DNA from: Ranitomeya imitator
Taxonomy: Eukaryota
Direction: 5' to 3'
Length of the DNA stretch: 64,000 nucleotides
Assembly: GCF_032444005.1 (NCBI RefSeq)
Contig: NC_091286.1
Span: 433,814,001-433,878,000 of the forward strand
The position numbers and the translations under genes were made by a program. The number at the start of each line of letters is the position of its first letter. The first letter of the stretch is position 1. The notes beneath the pieces were generated by a model. The model saw only the letters and a program-made list of their open reading frames with translations, searched no databases and was not told where the DNA came from. Positions 10,741-21,925 of this stretch are shown piece after piece.

Positions 10741-13700
10741 ATGGACGTCCAGAGTTTGGCTTCCAGCCTGAATAATCTTGCTGCTAAGGTTCAAAATATA
10801 CAAGATTTTGTTGTACATGCTCCTATGTCTGAACCTAGAATTCCTATCCCAGAGTTTTTTTTCTGGAGATAGATCTAGTTTTCTGAATTTTAGGAACAAT
10901 TGCAAGTTGTTTCTTTCTTTGAAATCTCGCTCCTCTGGAGACCCTGCTCAGCAAGTCAAGATTGTAATATCTTTCCTGCGGGGTGACCCTCAGAATTGGG
11001 CGTTTGCATTGGCACCAGGGGATCCTGCGTTGCTCAATGTGGATGCGTTTTTTCTGGCATTGGGTTTGCTCTATGAGGAACCTAACCTAGAGATTCAGGC
11101 TGAAAAAGCTTTATTGGCTCTCTCTCAGGGGCAAGATGAAGCAGAAATATATTGTCAGAAATTTCGGATATGGTCGGTGCTTACTCAGTGGAATGAGTGC
11201 GCTCTGACTGCAAGATTCAGAGATGGCATTTCTGAGGCCATTAAAGATGTTATGGTGGGGTTCCCGGCGCCTACAGGTCTGAATGAGTCCATGACTATGG
11301 CTATTCAGATTGATCGGCGTTTACGGGAGCGCAAACCTGTGCACCATTTGGCGGTGTCTTCTGAACAGGCACCTGAGACAATGCAATGTGATAGAATTCA
11401 GTCCAGAAGTGAACGGCAAAACTATAGGCGGAAAAATGGGTTGTGTTTTTATTGTGGTGATTCAGCTCATGTTATATCAGCATGCTCTAAACGCACAAAA
11501 AAGGTTGATAAGTCTGTTGCCATTAGTACTTTACAGTCTAAGTTCATTCTGTCTGTGACTCTGATTTGTTCATTATCAGCCATTTCCGTCGATGCCTATG
11601 TGGATTCAGGCGCTGCCCTGAGTCTTATGGATTGGTCATTTGCCAACCGCTGTGGGTTTAGTCTGGAGCCTCTGGAAGTCCCTATTCCTTTGAAAGGAAT
11701 TGACTCTACACCTTTGGCTATGAATAAACCTCAGTACTGGACACACGTGACCATGCGTATGACTCCCGTTCATCAGGAGGTGATTCGCTTCCTGGTACTG
11801 TATAATTTACATGATGTCTTAGTGCTTGGTCTGCCATGGTTACAAACTCATAACCCAGTCTTGGACTGGAAAACGATGTCTGTGTTAAGCTGGGGATGTC
11901 AGGGGGTTCATGATGATGCACCTCCGATTTCTATCGCTTCATCTACTCCTTCTGAGGTTCCTGTATTTTTGTCTGATTATCGGGATGTTTTTGAGGAGCC
12001 TAAACTCAATTCGCTTCCTCCTCACAGGGATTGCGATTGTGCTATAGATTTGATTCCTGGCAGTAAATTTCCTAAAGGTCGTTTGTTCAATCTGTCAGTG
12101 CCAGAGCATACTGCTATGCGGGAGTATGTTAAGGAGTCCTTGGAAAAGGGACATATCCGTCCATCTTCGTCTCCTTTGGGAGCAGTTTTTTTTTTCGTGG
12201 CCAAAAAAGATGGTTCCTTGAGGCCTTGTATAGATTACCGTCTTTTGAATAAGATTACGGTCAAATATCAGTATCCTTTGCCATTGTTGACTGATTTGTT
12301 CGCTCGCATTAAGGGGGCTAAATGGTTCACTAAGATTGATCTTCGGGGTGCGTATAATCTTGTGCGGATTAAGCAGGGTGATGAGTGGAAAACCGCATTT
12401 AATACGCCTGAGGGCCATTTTAAGTATTTGGTGATGCCTTTTGGACTTTCTAATGCTCCTACTGTCTTCCAGTCCTTTATGCACGATATTTTCCGTGAAT
12501 ATCTGGATAAATTTATGATTGTGTATTTGGATGATGTTTTGTTTTTTTCTGATGACTGGGAGTCCCATGTTCAGCAGGTCAGGAAGGTGTTTCAGGTCCT
12601 GCGGGCCAATTCTTTGTTTGTAAAAGGTTCAAAGTGTCTCTTTGGAGTCCAGAAGATTTCTTTTTTGGGGTATATTATTTCCCCTTCTAATATTGAGATG
12701 GATCCCGTCAAGGTTCAAGCTATTTGTGACTGGACGCAGCCTACATCTCTTAAGAGTCTACAGAAGTTCTTGGGCTTTGCTAATTTTTATCGTCGTTTCA
12801 TAACTAATTTTTCTAGTGTTGTTAAGCCTTTGACGGATCTGACTAAGAAGGGTGCTGATGTTGCTGATTGGTCTCCTGCGGCTGTGGAGGCCTTTCAGGA
12901 ACTTAAGCGCCGGTTTTCTTCTGCTCCTGTGTTGCGTCAGCCAGATGTTTCGCTTCCTTTTCAGGTTGAGGTTGATGCTTCCGAGATTGGAGCGGGGGCG
13001 GTTTTGTCACAGAGAAGCTCCGATTGCTCGGTGATGAAGCCATGTGCGTTCTTTTCTAGAAAGTTTTCGCCTACTGAGCGGAATTATGATTTTGGTAATC
13101 GGGAGCTTTTGGCCATGAAGTGGGCATTTGAGGAGTGGCGTCATTGGCTTGAGGGTGCTAGACATCGTGTGGTGGTCTTGACTGATCACAAAAATCTGAT
13201 TTACCTTGAGTCTGCCAAGCGTCTGAATCCTAGACAGGCTCGTTGGTCACTGTTTTTCTCCCGTTTCGATTTTGTGGTTTCATACCTGCCAGGTTCAAAG
13301 AATCTGAAGGCGGATGCTCTTTCTAGGAGTTTTGTGCCTGATTCCCCTGGAAATTCTGAGCCCACTGGTATCCTTAGGGATGGGGTGATTTTGTCGGCTG
13401 TCTTCCCAGACTTGCGACGTGCTTTGCAGGAGTTTCAGGCGGATAAACCTGATCGTTGTCCGCCTGAAAGACTGTTTGTTCCGGATAATTGGACCAGTAG
13501 AGTCATCTCCGAGGTCCATTCTTCTGCGTTGGCAGGTCATCCTGGAATATTTGGTACTAGAGACTTGGTGGCCAGGTCTTTTTGGTGGCCTTCCTTGTCG
13601 AGGGATGTGCGTTCTTTTGTGCAGTCTTGTGAAGTTTGCGCTCGGGCTAAGCCTTGCTGTTCTCGGGCCAGTGGATTGTTGTCACCTTTGCCTATCCCGA

Positions 13701-14857
13701 AGAGGCCTTGGACGCACATTTCCATGGACTTTATTTCGGATCTCCCTGTCTCTCAAAAAATGTCCGTCATCTGGGTTGTGTGTGACCGCTTTTCTAAGAT
13801 GGTTCATCTGGTACCCTTGCCTAAGTTACCTTCCTCCTCTGAGTTGGTCCCTCTGTTTTTTCAGAACGTGGTTCGTTTGCATGGGATTCCGGAGAAGATT
13901 GTTTCTGACAGGGGATCCCAGTTTGTGTCTAGATTTTGGCGGACGTTCTGTGCTAAGATGGGCATTGATTTGTCCTTTTTGTCTGCATTCCATCCTCAGA
14001 CGAATGGCCAGACGGAACGAACTAATCAGACCTTGGAAACTTATTTAAGGTGTTTTGTTTCTGCTGATCAAGATGACTGGGTTACCTTTTTGCCGCTTGC
14101 CGAATTTGCCCTTAATAATCGGGCTAGTTCTGCTACCTTGGTTTCTCCTTTCTTTTGTAATTCGGGGTTTCATCCTCGTTTTTCCTCTGGTCAGGTGGAG
14201 CCTTCTGATTGTCCTGGAGTGGACATGGTGGTGGATAGGTTGCATCAGATTTGGAGTCATGTGGTGGACAATTTGAAGTTGTCCCAGGAGAGGGCTCAGC
14301 AGTTTGCTAATCGCTGTCGCCGCGTGGGTCCTCGACTTCGTGTTGGGGACTTGGTGTGGTTGTTTTCTCGTTTTGTTCCTATGAAGGTCTCTTCTCCTAA
14401 GTTCAAGCCTCGGTTCATCGGTCCCTATAGGATCTTGGAAATTCTTAACCCTGTGTCGTTTCGTTTGGCTCTCCCGGCATCGTTTGCTATTCATAATGTG
14501 TTCCATCGGTCGTTGTTGCGGAGGTATGAGGTACCTGTTGTTCCTTCGCTTGAGCCTCCTGCTCCGGTGCTGGTGGAGGGAGAATTGGAGTATGTTGTGG
14601 AGAAGATCTTGGATTCTCGTGTTTCCAGACGGAAACTTCAGTATTTGGTCAAGTGGAAGGGTTATGGTCAGGAGGATAATTCTTGGGTGGTTGCCTCTGA
14701 TGTTCATGCTGCTGATTTGGTCCGTGCATTTCATAGGGCTCATCCTGGTCGCCCTGGTGGTTCTCGTGAGGGTTCGGTGACCCCTCCTCAAGTGGGGGGT
14801 ACTGTTGTGGATTCTGTTTTTGGGCTCCCTCTGGTGGTTACAGATGGTACTGGGTGA
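10741..14857 (+). pseudogene. Gag-Pol polyprotein of element 1 with a +1 frameshift near the start
   Basis: Likely ATG at 10741 (MDVQSL..., aligns with element 2 MDIRSL...). A T8 run at 10855-10862 shifts the frame (TAG at 10870). The downstream frame has CCHC knuckle CFYCGDSAHVISAC, protease VDSGA, RT YLDD, RNase H, HHCC + D-D-E integrase, GPY motif and a chromodomain. Confidence 0.92.
14791..14802 (+). promoter_or_regulatory. Polypurine tract of element 1
   Basis: agtggggggtac immediately upstream of the 3' LTR TGT. Confidence 0.8.
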
Positions 14858-15549
14858 CTTGTGTTCTCTGCGGTCTCTGGTGTCCACCTGTTCTATCAGG
14901 ATATGGGAGTTTCCTATTTAACCTGGCTTTCTTGTCATTTCCTCGCCGGCGATCAATGTAATCAGTGTGTCTTGTTACCTCTGCTTTCCGCTTCTGTAAT
15001 CATCAGGACAAGCTAAGTTTTATTTTCCTGTTCCACGTTTTGCTTTATTTTTGTTTTAGTCCAGCTTGCAGTTATGTGATTCCTTGTTGCTGGTTGCTCT
15101 AGTGGGCTGATATTACTCCTCATGTTCCATGAGTTGGCACATGAGTTCAAGTAATTTCAGGATGGTTTTTTGTAGGGTTTTTCGCTGACCACGCAGTTCA
15201 CTTTTGTATCCTCTGCTATCTAGTTTTAGCGGGCCTCATTTTGCTGAATCTGTTTTCATTACTACGTATGTGCTTTCCTCTCATTTCACCGTCATTACAT
15301 GTGGGAGGCTGCTATTTCTGTGGGGTGTTTCTCTGGAGGCAAGAGAGGTCTTTGTTTCTTCTAATAGGGGAAGCTAGTCCTTCGGCTGGCGCGAGACGTC
15401 TAGAATCATCGTAGGCACGTTCCCCGGCTACTGCTAGTGTTGTGAATTAGGTTCAGGATCGCGGTCAGCTCAGTTTCCATCACCCTAGAGCTTGTTCTGT
15501 TTTTTTTGTGCTTCTCCTTTTGTGATCCCCTGCCATTGGGATCATGACA
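14803..15549 (+). repeat. 3' LTR of element 1
   Basis: 744/747 identical to the 5' LTR by manual comparison. Confidence 0.97.
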
Positions 15550-15887
15550 GGGGTCTTCCAGTGGTGATCCTCAATGATCAACTGCTATCATCACAGAAAG
15601 AGGTGGTTACTAGGAATGAGCGGACGCAGGGCCGGCGTCAGCACCCGGCATACCCAGGCAAGTGCCGGGGCCCTGGCGAGACAGGGGACCCATTCAGGGC
15701 CGGCGTTAGGGGCAGGCAGCTAGGGCCCCCGCTCCCCCGGGGGCCCTCAGCTAGTGGCACATCACGCAGCCGCAATGGGGCCTCTGTGAGGCAGGGGGGC
15801 TCGCCTGTCACCAGGGCCACCTCCCCTGCCGCCGCATTGAACTATAACGGCGTCTGCCAGTAAAGTTCAAAGCAAATGATGGAGGAG

Positions 15888-16690
15888 TGTTATGAGAGGC
15901 AATTCAGTATCACAATGGACATGGAGGTCAGAGCACATACAGTGATCTGACAATAACCCAAAATAATAGAACGAGCTCTGAGATGTGGGAACTCTGCAAA
16001 CCGCAATCCCTGCTCCTCTCCAAACACAACTAGAGGCAGCCGTGGATTGCGCCTAACGCTACCTATGCAACTCGGCACAACCTGAGAAACTAACTAGCCT
16101 GAAGATAGAAAAAATAAGCCTACCTTGCCTCAGAGAAATACCCCAAAGGAAAAGGCAGCCCCCCACATATAATGACTGTGAGTAAGATGAAAAGACAAAC
16201 GTAGGGATGAAATAGATTCAGCAAAGTGAGGCCCGATATTCTAGACAGAACGAGGATAGGAAAGATAACTTTGTGGTCTACACAAAACCCTAAAGAAAAC
16301 CACGCAAAGGGGCAAAAAGACCCTCTGTACCGAACTAACGGCACGGAGGTACACCCTTTGCGTCCCAGAGCTTCCAGCAAAACAAATAGACAAGCTGGAC
16401 AGAAAAAATAGCAACAAATAGCAAAGAAGCACTTAGCTATGCAGAGCAGCAGGCCACAGGAATGATCCAGAGAAACACAAGTCCAACACTGGAACATTGA
16501 CAGGAAGCATGAATCAAAGCATTTGGTGGGGTTAAGTAGAGAAGCACCTAACGACCTCACCAGATCACCTGAGGGAGGAAACTCAGAAGCAGCAGTACCA
16601 GTTTCCTCCACAAACGGAAGCTCCCAGAGAGAATCAGCCGAAGTACCACTTGTGACCACAGGAGGGAGCTCTGCCACAGAATTCACAACA
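15888..16690 (-). repeat. 3' LTR of element 2
   Basis: Direct repeat of 20887-21689. Confidence 0.97.
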
Positions 16691-19600
16691 GTACCCCCCC
16701 TTGAGGAGGGGTCACCGAACCCTCACCAGAGCCCCCAGGCCGACCAGGATGAGCCACATGAAAGGCACGAACAAGATCGGGAGCATGAACATCAGAGGCA
16801 AAAACCCAGGAATTATCCTCCTGAGCATAACCCTTCCATTTAACCAGATACTGGAGTTTCCGTCTTGAAACACGAGAATCCAAAATCTTCTCCACAATAT
16901 ACTCCAATTCCCCCTCCACCAAAACCGGGGCAGGAGGGTCAACAGATGGAACCATAGGTGCCACGTATCTCCGCAACAATGACCTATGGAAGACGTTATG
17001 TATGAAAAAAGAATCTGGGAGGGTCAGACGAAAAGACACAGGATTAATAACCTCAGAAATCCTATAAGGACCAATGAAACGAGGTTTAAACTTCGGAGAG
17101 GAAACCTTCATAGGAATATGACGAGAAGATAACCAAACCAGATCCCCAACACGAAGTCGGGGACCCACACGGCGTCTGCGATTAGCGAAACGTTGAGCCT
17201 TCTCCTGGGACAAGGTCAAATTGTCCACTACATGAGTCCAAATCTGCTGCAACCTGTCCACCACGGTATCCACACCAGGACAGTCCGAAGACTCAACCTG
17301 TCCTGAAGAGAAACGAGGATGGAACCCAGAATTGCAGAAAAATGGCGAAACCAAGGTAGCCGAGCTGGCCCGATTATTATGGGCGAACTCAGCCAAAGGC
17401 AAAAAGGACACCCAGTCATCCTGATCGGCAGAAACAAAGCATCTCAGATAGGTTTCCAAGGTCTGATTGGTTCGTTCGGTCTGGCCATTAGTCTGAGGAT
17501 GAAAAGCCGAGGAAAAAGACAAGTCAATGCCCATCCTACCACAAAAGGCTCGCCAAAACCTCGAAACAACCTGGGAACCTCTGTTAGAAACGATATTCTC
17601 TGGAATGCCATGCAAACGAACCACATGATGGAAGAACAATGGCACCAAATCAGAGGAGGAAGGCAACTTGGACAAGGGTACCAGATGGACCATCTTAGAA
17701 AAGCGATCACAGACCACCCAAATGACTGACATCTTTTGAGAGACGGGAAGATCTGAAATAAAATCCATAGAGATATGTGTCCAAGGTCTCTTCGGGACCG
17801 GCAAGGGCAAAAGCAACCCACTGGCACGAGAACAGCAGGGCTTAGCCCGAGCACAAATCCCACAGGACTGCACAAAAGAACGCACATCCCGCGACAGAGA
17901 CGGCCACCAAAAGGATCTAGCCACTAACTCTCTGGTACCAAAGATTCCAGGATGACCAGCCAACACCGAACAATGAACCTCAGAGATCACTTTATTTGTC
18001 CACCTATCCGGGACAAACAGTTTCTCCGCTGGAGAACGATCAGGTTTATTAGCCTGAAATTTTTGCAGGACCCGCCGCAAATCAGGGGAGATGGCAGACA
18101 CAATTACTCCTTCCTTGAAGATACCCGCCGGCTCAGATAAACCCGGAGAGTCGGGCACAAAACTCCTAGACAGAGCATCCGTCTTCACATTTTTAGAGCC
18201 CGGAAGGTACGAAATCACAAAGTCAAAACGGGCGAAAAACAGCGACCAACGAGCCTGTCTAGGATTCAAATGCTTAGCAGACTCGAGATAAGTCAGGTTC
18301 TTATGATCAGTCAATACCACCACGCGATGCTTAGCTCCTTCAAGCCAATGACGCCACTCCTCGAATGCCCACTTCATGGCCAGCAACTCTCGGTTGCCCA
18401 CATTATAATTCCGCTCAGCAGGCGAAAACTTCCTGGAAAAAAAAGCGCATGGTTTCATCACTGAACAATCAGAACCTCTCTGCGACAAAACAGCCCCTGC
18501 TCCAATCTCAGAAGCATCAACCTCGACCTGGAACGGAAGAGAAACATCAGGTTGACACAACACAGGGGCAGAAGAAAAACGACGCTTCAACTCTTGAAAA
18601 GCTTCCACAGCAGCAGAAGACCAATTGACCAAATCAGCACCCTTCTTGGTCAAATCGGTCAATGGTTTGGCAATACTAGAAAAATTGCAGATGAAGCGAC
18701 GATAAAAATTAGCAAAGCCCAGGAACTTTTGCAGACTTTTCAGAGATGTCGGCTGAGTCCAATCATGGATGGCTTGGACCTTAACAGGATCCATCTCGAT
18801 AGTAGAAGGGGAAAAGATGAACCCCAAAAATGAAACCTTCTGCACACCAAAGAGACACTTTGATCCCTTTACAAACAAAGAGTTAGCACGCAGGACCTGA
18901 AAAACCGTTCTGACCTGTTTCACATGAGACTCCCAATCATCCGAGAAGATCAAAATGTCATCCAAGTACACAATCAGGAATTTATCCAGGTACTCTCGGA
19001 AGATGTCATGCATAAAGGACTGAAACACTGATGGAGCATTGGCAAGTCCGAATGGCATCACTAGATACTCAAAATGACCCTCGGGCGTATTAAATGCCGT
19101 TTTCCATTCATCGCCTCGCCTGATTCTCACCAGATTATACGCACCACGAAGATCAATCTTGGTGAACCAACTAGCCCCCTTAATCCGAGCAAACAAATCA
19201 GATAACAAAGGCAAGGGGTACTGAAATTTAACAGTGATCTTATTAAGAAGGCGATAATCTATACAAGGTCTCAGCGAACCATCCTTTTTGGCTACAAAAA
19301 AGAACCCTGCTCCTAATGGCGACGATGACGGGTGAATATGCCCCTTCTCCAGGCATTCCTTCACATAACTGCGCATAGCGGTGTGCTCAGGCACGGATAA
19401 ATTAAACAGTCGACCTTTTGGGAATTTACCACCAGGAATCAAATTGATAGCACAATCACAATCCCTATGCGGAGGTAGGGCATCGGACTTGGGCTCATCA
19501 AATACATCCCGGTAATCAGACAAGAACTCTGGAACCTCAGAAGGGGTGGATGACGAAATTGACAAAAATGGAACATCACCATGTACCCCCTGACAACCCC

Positions 19601-20750
19601 AGCTGGACACCGACATGGATTTCCAATCCAATACTGGATTATGGGCTTGTAGCCATGGCAACCCCAACACGACCACATCATGCAGATTATGCAACACCAG
19701 AAAGCGAATATCCTCCTGATGTGCAAGAGCCATGCACATGGTCAGCTGGGTCCAGTATTGAGACTTATTCTTGGCCAAAGGCGTAGCATCAATACCTCTC
19801 AATGGAATAGGACACTGCAAGGGCTCCAAGAAAAACCCACAACGCTTAGCATATTCCAAGACCATCAAATTCAGAGCAGCGCCTGAATCCACAAACGCCA
19901 TGACAGAATATGATGACAAAGAGCAGATCAAGGTAACGGACAGAAGAAATTTTGACTGTACCGTACCAATGGTGGCAGACCTAGCGAACCGCTTAGTGCG
20001 CTTAGGACAATCAGAGATGGCATGAGTGGAATCACCACAGTAGAAACACAGCCCATTCAGACGTCTGTGTTCTTGCCGTTCAACTCTGGTCAAAGTCCTA
20101 TCGCACTGCATAGGCTCAGGTTTAAGCTCAGGTAATACCGCCAAATGGTGCACAGATTTACGCTCACGCAAGCGTCGACCAATCTGAATAGCCAAAGACA
20201 TAGACTCATTCAAACCAGCAGGCATAGGAAATCCCACCATGACATCCTTAAGGGCTTCAGAGAGACCCTTTCTGAACATAGCTGCCAGCGCAGATTCATT
20301 CCATTGAGTGAGCACTGACCATTTTAGAAATTTCTGGCAAAATACCTCTATCTCATCCTGACCCTGACAAAGAGCCAGCAAATTCTTTTCTGCCTGATCC
20401 ACTGAATTAGGCTCATCGTACAGCAATCCGAGTGCCAGGAAAAACGCACTGATATTACTCAATGCAGGATCTCCTGGCGCAAGAGAAAATGCCCAGTCCT
20501 GAGGGTCGCCGCGCAAAAAAGAAATAATAATCAAAACCTGTTGAACTGGATCACCAGAGGAACAAGGTTTCAAGGCCAGAAATAACTTACAATTATTTTT
20601 GAAACTCAGAAACTTAGTTCTATCTCCAAAAAACAAATCAGGAATAGGAATTCTTGGTTCTAACATAGATTTCTGATCAATAGTGTCTTGAATCTTTTGT
20701 ACTCTTGCCGAGAGCTGATCCACAAATGAAGACAGACTTCTAATGTCCAT
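16683..20750 (-). CDS. Gag-Pol polyprotein of element 2 (1355 aa), integrase catalytic Asp changed to Asn
   Basis: Open frame from ATG 20750 (MDIRSLSS) with CCHC knuckle, VDSGA, YLDD, RNase H, integrase (SMDFI / SNRG instead of SDRG / TERTN) and chromodomain; the stop lies inside the 3' LTR. Confidence 0.92.
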   Translation of the reverse strand: MDIRSLSSFVDQLSARVQKIQDTIDQKSMLEPRIPIPDLFFGDRTKFLSFKNNCKLFLALKPCSSGDPVQQVLIIISFLRGDPQDWAFSLAPGDPALSNISAFFLALGLLYDEPNSVDQAEKNLLALCQGQDEIEVFCQKFLKWSVLTQWNESALAAMFRKGLSEALKDVMVGFPMPAGLNESMSLAIQIGRRLRERKSVHHLAVLPELKPEPMQCDRTLTRVERQEHRRLNGLCFYCGDSTHAISDCPKRTKRFARSATIGTVQSKFLLSVTLICSLSSYSVMAFVDSGAALNLMVLEYAKRCGFFLEPLQCPIPLRGIDATPLAKNKSQYWTQLTMCMALAHQEDIRFLVLHNLHDVVVLGLPWLQAHNPVLDWKSMSVSSWGCQGVHGDVPFLSISSSTPSEVPEFLSDYRDVFDEPKSDALPPHRDCDCAINLIPGGKFPKGRLFNLSVPEHTAMRSYVKECLEKGHIHPSSSPLGAGFFFVAKKDGSLRPCIDYRLLNKITVKFQYPLPLLSDLFARIKGASWFTKIDLRGAYNLVRIRRGDEWKTAFNTPEGHFEYLVMPFGLANAPSVFQSFMHDIFREYLDKFLIVYLDDILIFSDDWESHVKQVRTVFQVLRANSLFVKGSKCLFGVQKVSFLGFIFSPSTIEMDPVKVQAIHDWTQPTSLKSLQKFLGFANFYRRFICNFSSIAKPLTDLTKKGADLVNWSSAAVEAFQELKRRFSSAPVLCQPDVSLPFQVEVDASEIGAGAVLSQRGSDCSVMKPCAFFSRKFSPAERNYNVGNRELLAMKWAFEEWRHWLEGAKHRVVVLTDHKNLTYLESAKHLNPRQARWSLFFARFDFVISYLPGSKNVKTDALSRSFVPDSPGLSEPAGIFKEGVIVSAISPDLRRVLQKFQANKPDRSPAEKLFVPDRWTNKVISEVHCSVLAGHPGIFGTRELVARSFWWPSLSRDVRSFVQSCGICARAKPCCSRASGLLLPLPVPKRPWTHISMDFISDLPVSQKMSVIWVVCDRFSKMVHLVPLSKLPSSSDLVPLFFHHVVRLHGIPENIVSNRGSQVVSRFWRAFCGRMGIDLSFSSAFHPQTNGQTERTNQTLETYLRCFVSADQDDWVSFLPLAEFAHNNRASSATLVSPFFCNSGFHPRFSSGQVESSDCPGVDTVVDRLQQIWTHVVDNLTLSQEKAQRFANRRRRVGPRLRVGDLVWLSSRHIPMKVSSPKFKPRFIGPYRISEVINPVSFRLTLPDSFFIHNVFHRSLLRRYVAPMVPSVDPPAPVLVEGELEYIVEKILDSRVSRRKLQYLVKWKGYAQEDNSWVFASDVHAPDLVRAFHVAHPGRPGGSGEGSVTPPQGGVLL

Positions 20751-20875
20751 CGCTACACCTGTGTACTGAACCACCCAAATGTCTAGGGGAAAAAAAAGAC
20801 AAAACACAAAGCCAAGAAAAAAAAATGGTCTCAGAACTTCTTTTTTCCCTCTATTGAGAATCATTAGTACTTTTG

Positions 20876-20884
20876 GCTTCCTGT
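20876..20884 (-). promoter_or_regulatory. Primer-binding site of element 2 (self-priming type)
   Basis: ACAGGAAGC (element sense), 2 nt after the LTR end, is exactly complementary to GCTTCCTGT at 21507-21499. Confidence 0.75.
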
Positions 20885-20886
20885 AC

Positions 20887-21689
20887 TGTTATGAGAGGCA
20901 ATTCAGTATCACAATGGACATGGAGGTCAGAGCACATACAGTGATCTGACAATAACCCAAAATAATAGAACGAGCTCTGAGACGTGGGAACTCTGCAGAC
21001 CGCAATCCCTGATCCTCTCCAAACACAACTAGAGGCAGCCGTGGATTGCGCCTAACGCTACCTATGCAACTCGGCACAGCCTGAGAAACTAACTAGCCTG
21101 AAGATAGAAAAAATAAGCCTACCTTGCCTCAGAGAAATACCCCAAAGGAAAAGGCAGCCCCCCACATATAATGACTGTGAGTAAGATGAAAAGTCAAACG
21201 TAGGGATGAAATAGATTCAGCAAAGTGAGGCCCGATATTCTAGACAGAACGAGGATAGGAAAGATAACTTTGCGGTCTACACAAAACCCTAAAGAAAACC
21301 ACGCAAAGGGGCAAAAAGACCCTCCGTACCGAACTAACGGCACGGAGGTACACCCTTTGCGTCCCAGAGCTTCCAGCAAAACAAATAGACAAGCTGGACA
21401 GAAAAAATAGCAACAAATAGCAAAGAAGCACTTAGCTATGCAGAGCAGCAGGCCACAGGAATGATCCAGAGAAACACAAGTCCAACACTGGAACATTGAC
21501 AGGAAGCATGAATCAAAGCATTAGGTGGGGTTAAGTAGAGAAGCACCTAACGACCTCACCAGATCACCTGAGGGAGGAAACTCAGAAGCAGCAGTACCAG
21601 TTTCCTCCACAAACTGAAGCTCCCAGAGAGAATCAGCCGAAGTACCACTTGTGACCACAGGAGGGAGCTCTGCCACAGAATTCACAACA
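20887..21689 (-). repeat. 5' LTR of element 2
   Basis: Direct repeat of 15888-16690; TATA-like tacttaa at 21537-21531. Confidence 0.97.
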
Positions 21690-21925
21690 GAGGAGAGAGC
21701 GTCACCTGACGCTCCCTCTCCCATCATTCCCCACTCTGTCTCAGACACTGTCGCTGTGGGTGCGCGATGACATCATCGCGCACTCACTGTGCGTCAGGCA
21801 GTGCAGCGGCAGCCGCCGAGAACGGAGCAGGGAGCAGTGCGGGCACGTTGAGAGGTGAGGAGTGTTTTTTTTTTGTAACTATAACAGTGAGTACTGGACT
21901 ATGGGGCCATTCTTGGGGGGAGAGG

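Larger units (their letters stand above)
9816..15549 (+). mobile_element. Full-length Ty3/Gypsy chromovirus (Tf1/sushi-like) LTR retrotransposon, element 1
   Basis: Two 747-bp LTRs (TGT...ACA) with 3 differences; TSD ggggtc (9810-9815, 15550-15555); gag-PR-RT-RH-IN-chromodomain ORF; PPT before the 3' LTR. Confidence 0.97.
15888..21689 (-). mobile_element. Full-length Ty3/Gypsy chromovirus LTR retrotransposon, element 2
   Basis: Two 803-bp LTRs with ~9 differences; TSD gaggag (15882-15887, 21690-21695); uninterrupted gag-pol ORF; PPT (plus-strand gtacccccccttg) at 16691-16703. Confidence 0.97.

Noticed and set aside
10778-10862. N-terminus MLLRFKIY... of the 1359-aa ORF in the track
   Set aside because: Out-of-frame artefact of the T-run frameshift; the real start aligns at 10741. 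The run is not at a gag/pol boundary, so programmed frameshifting is unlikely.
12095-20025. Numerous antisense and alternate-frame ORFs of 60-280 aa in the Gypsy elements
   Set aside because: Shadow frames of gag-pol with no recognisable domains.
20751-20864. 38-aa N-terminal extension MILNRGKK... of the element 2 ORF
   Set aside because: Alternative start codon in the leader; homology with element 1 begins at ATG 20750.
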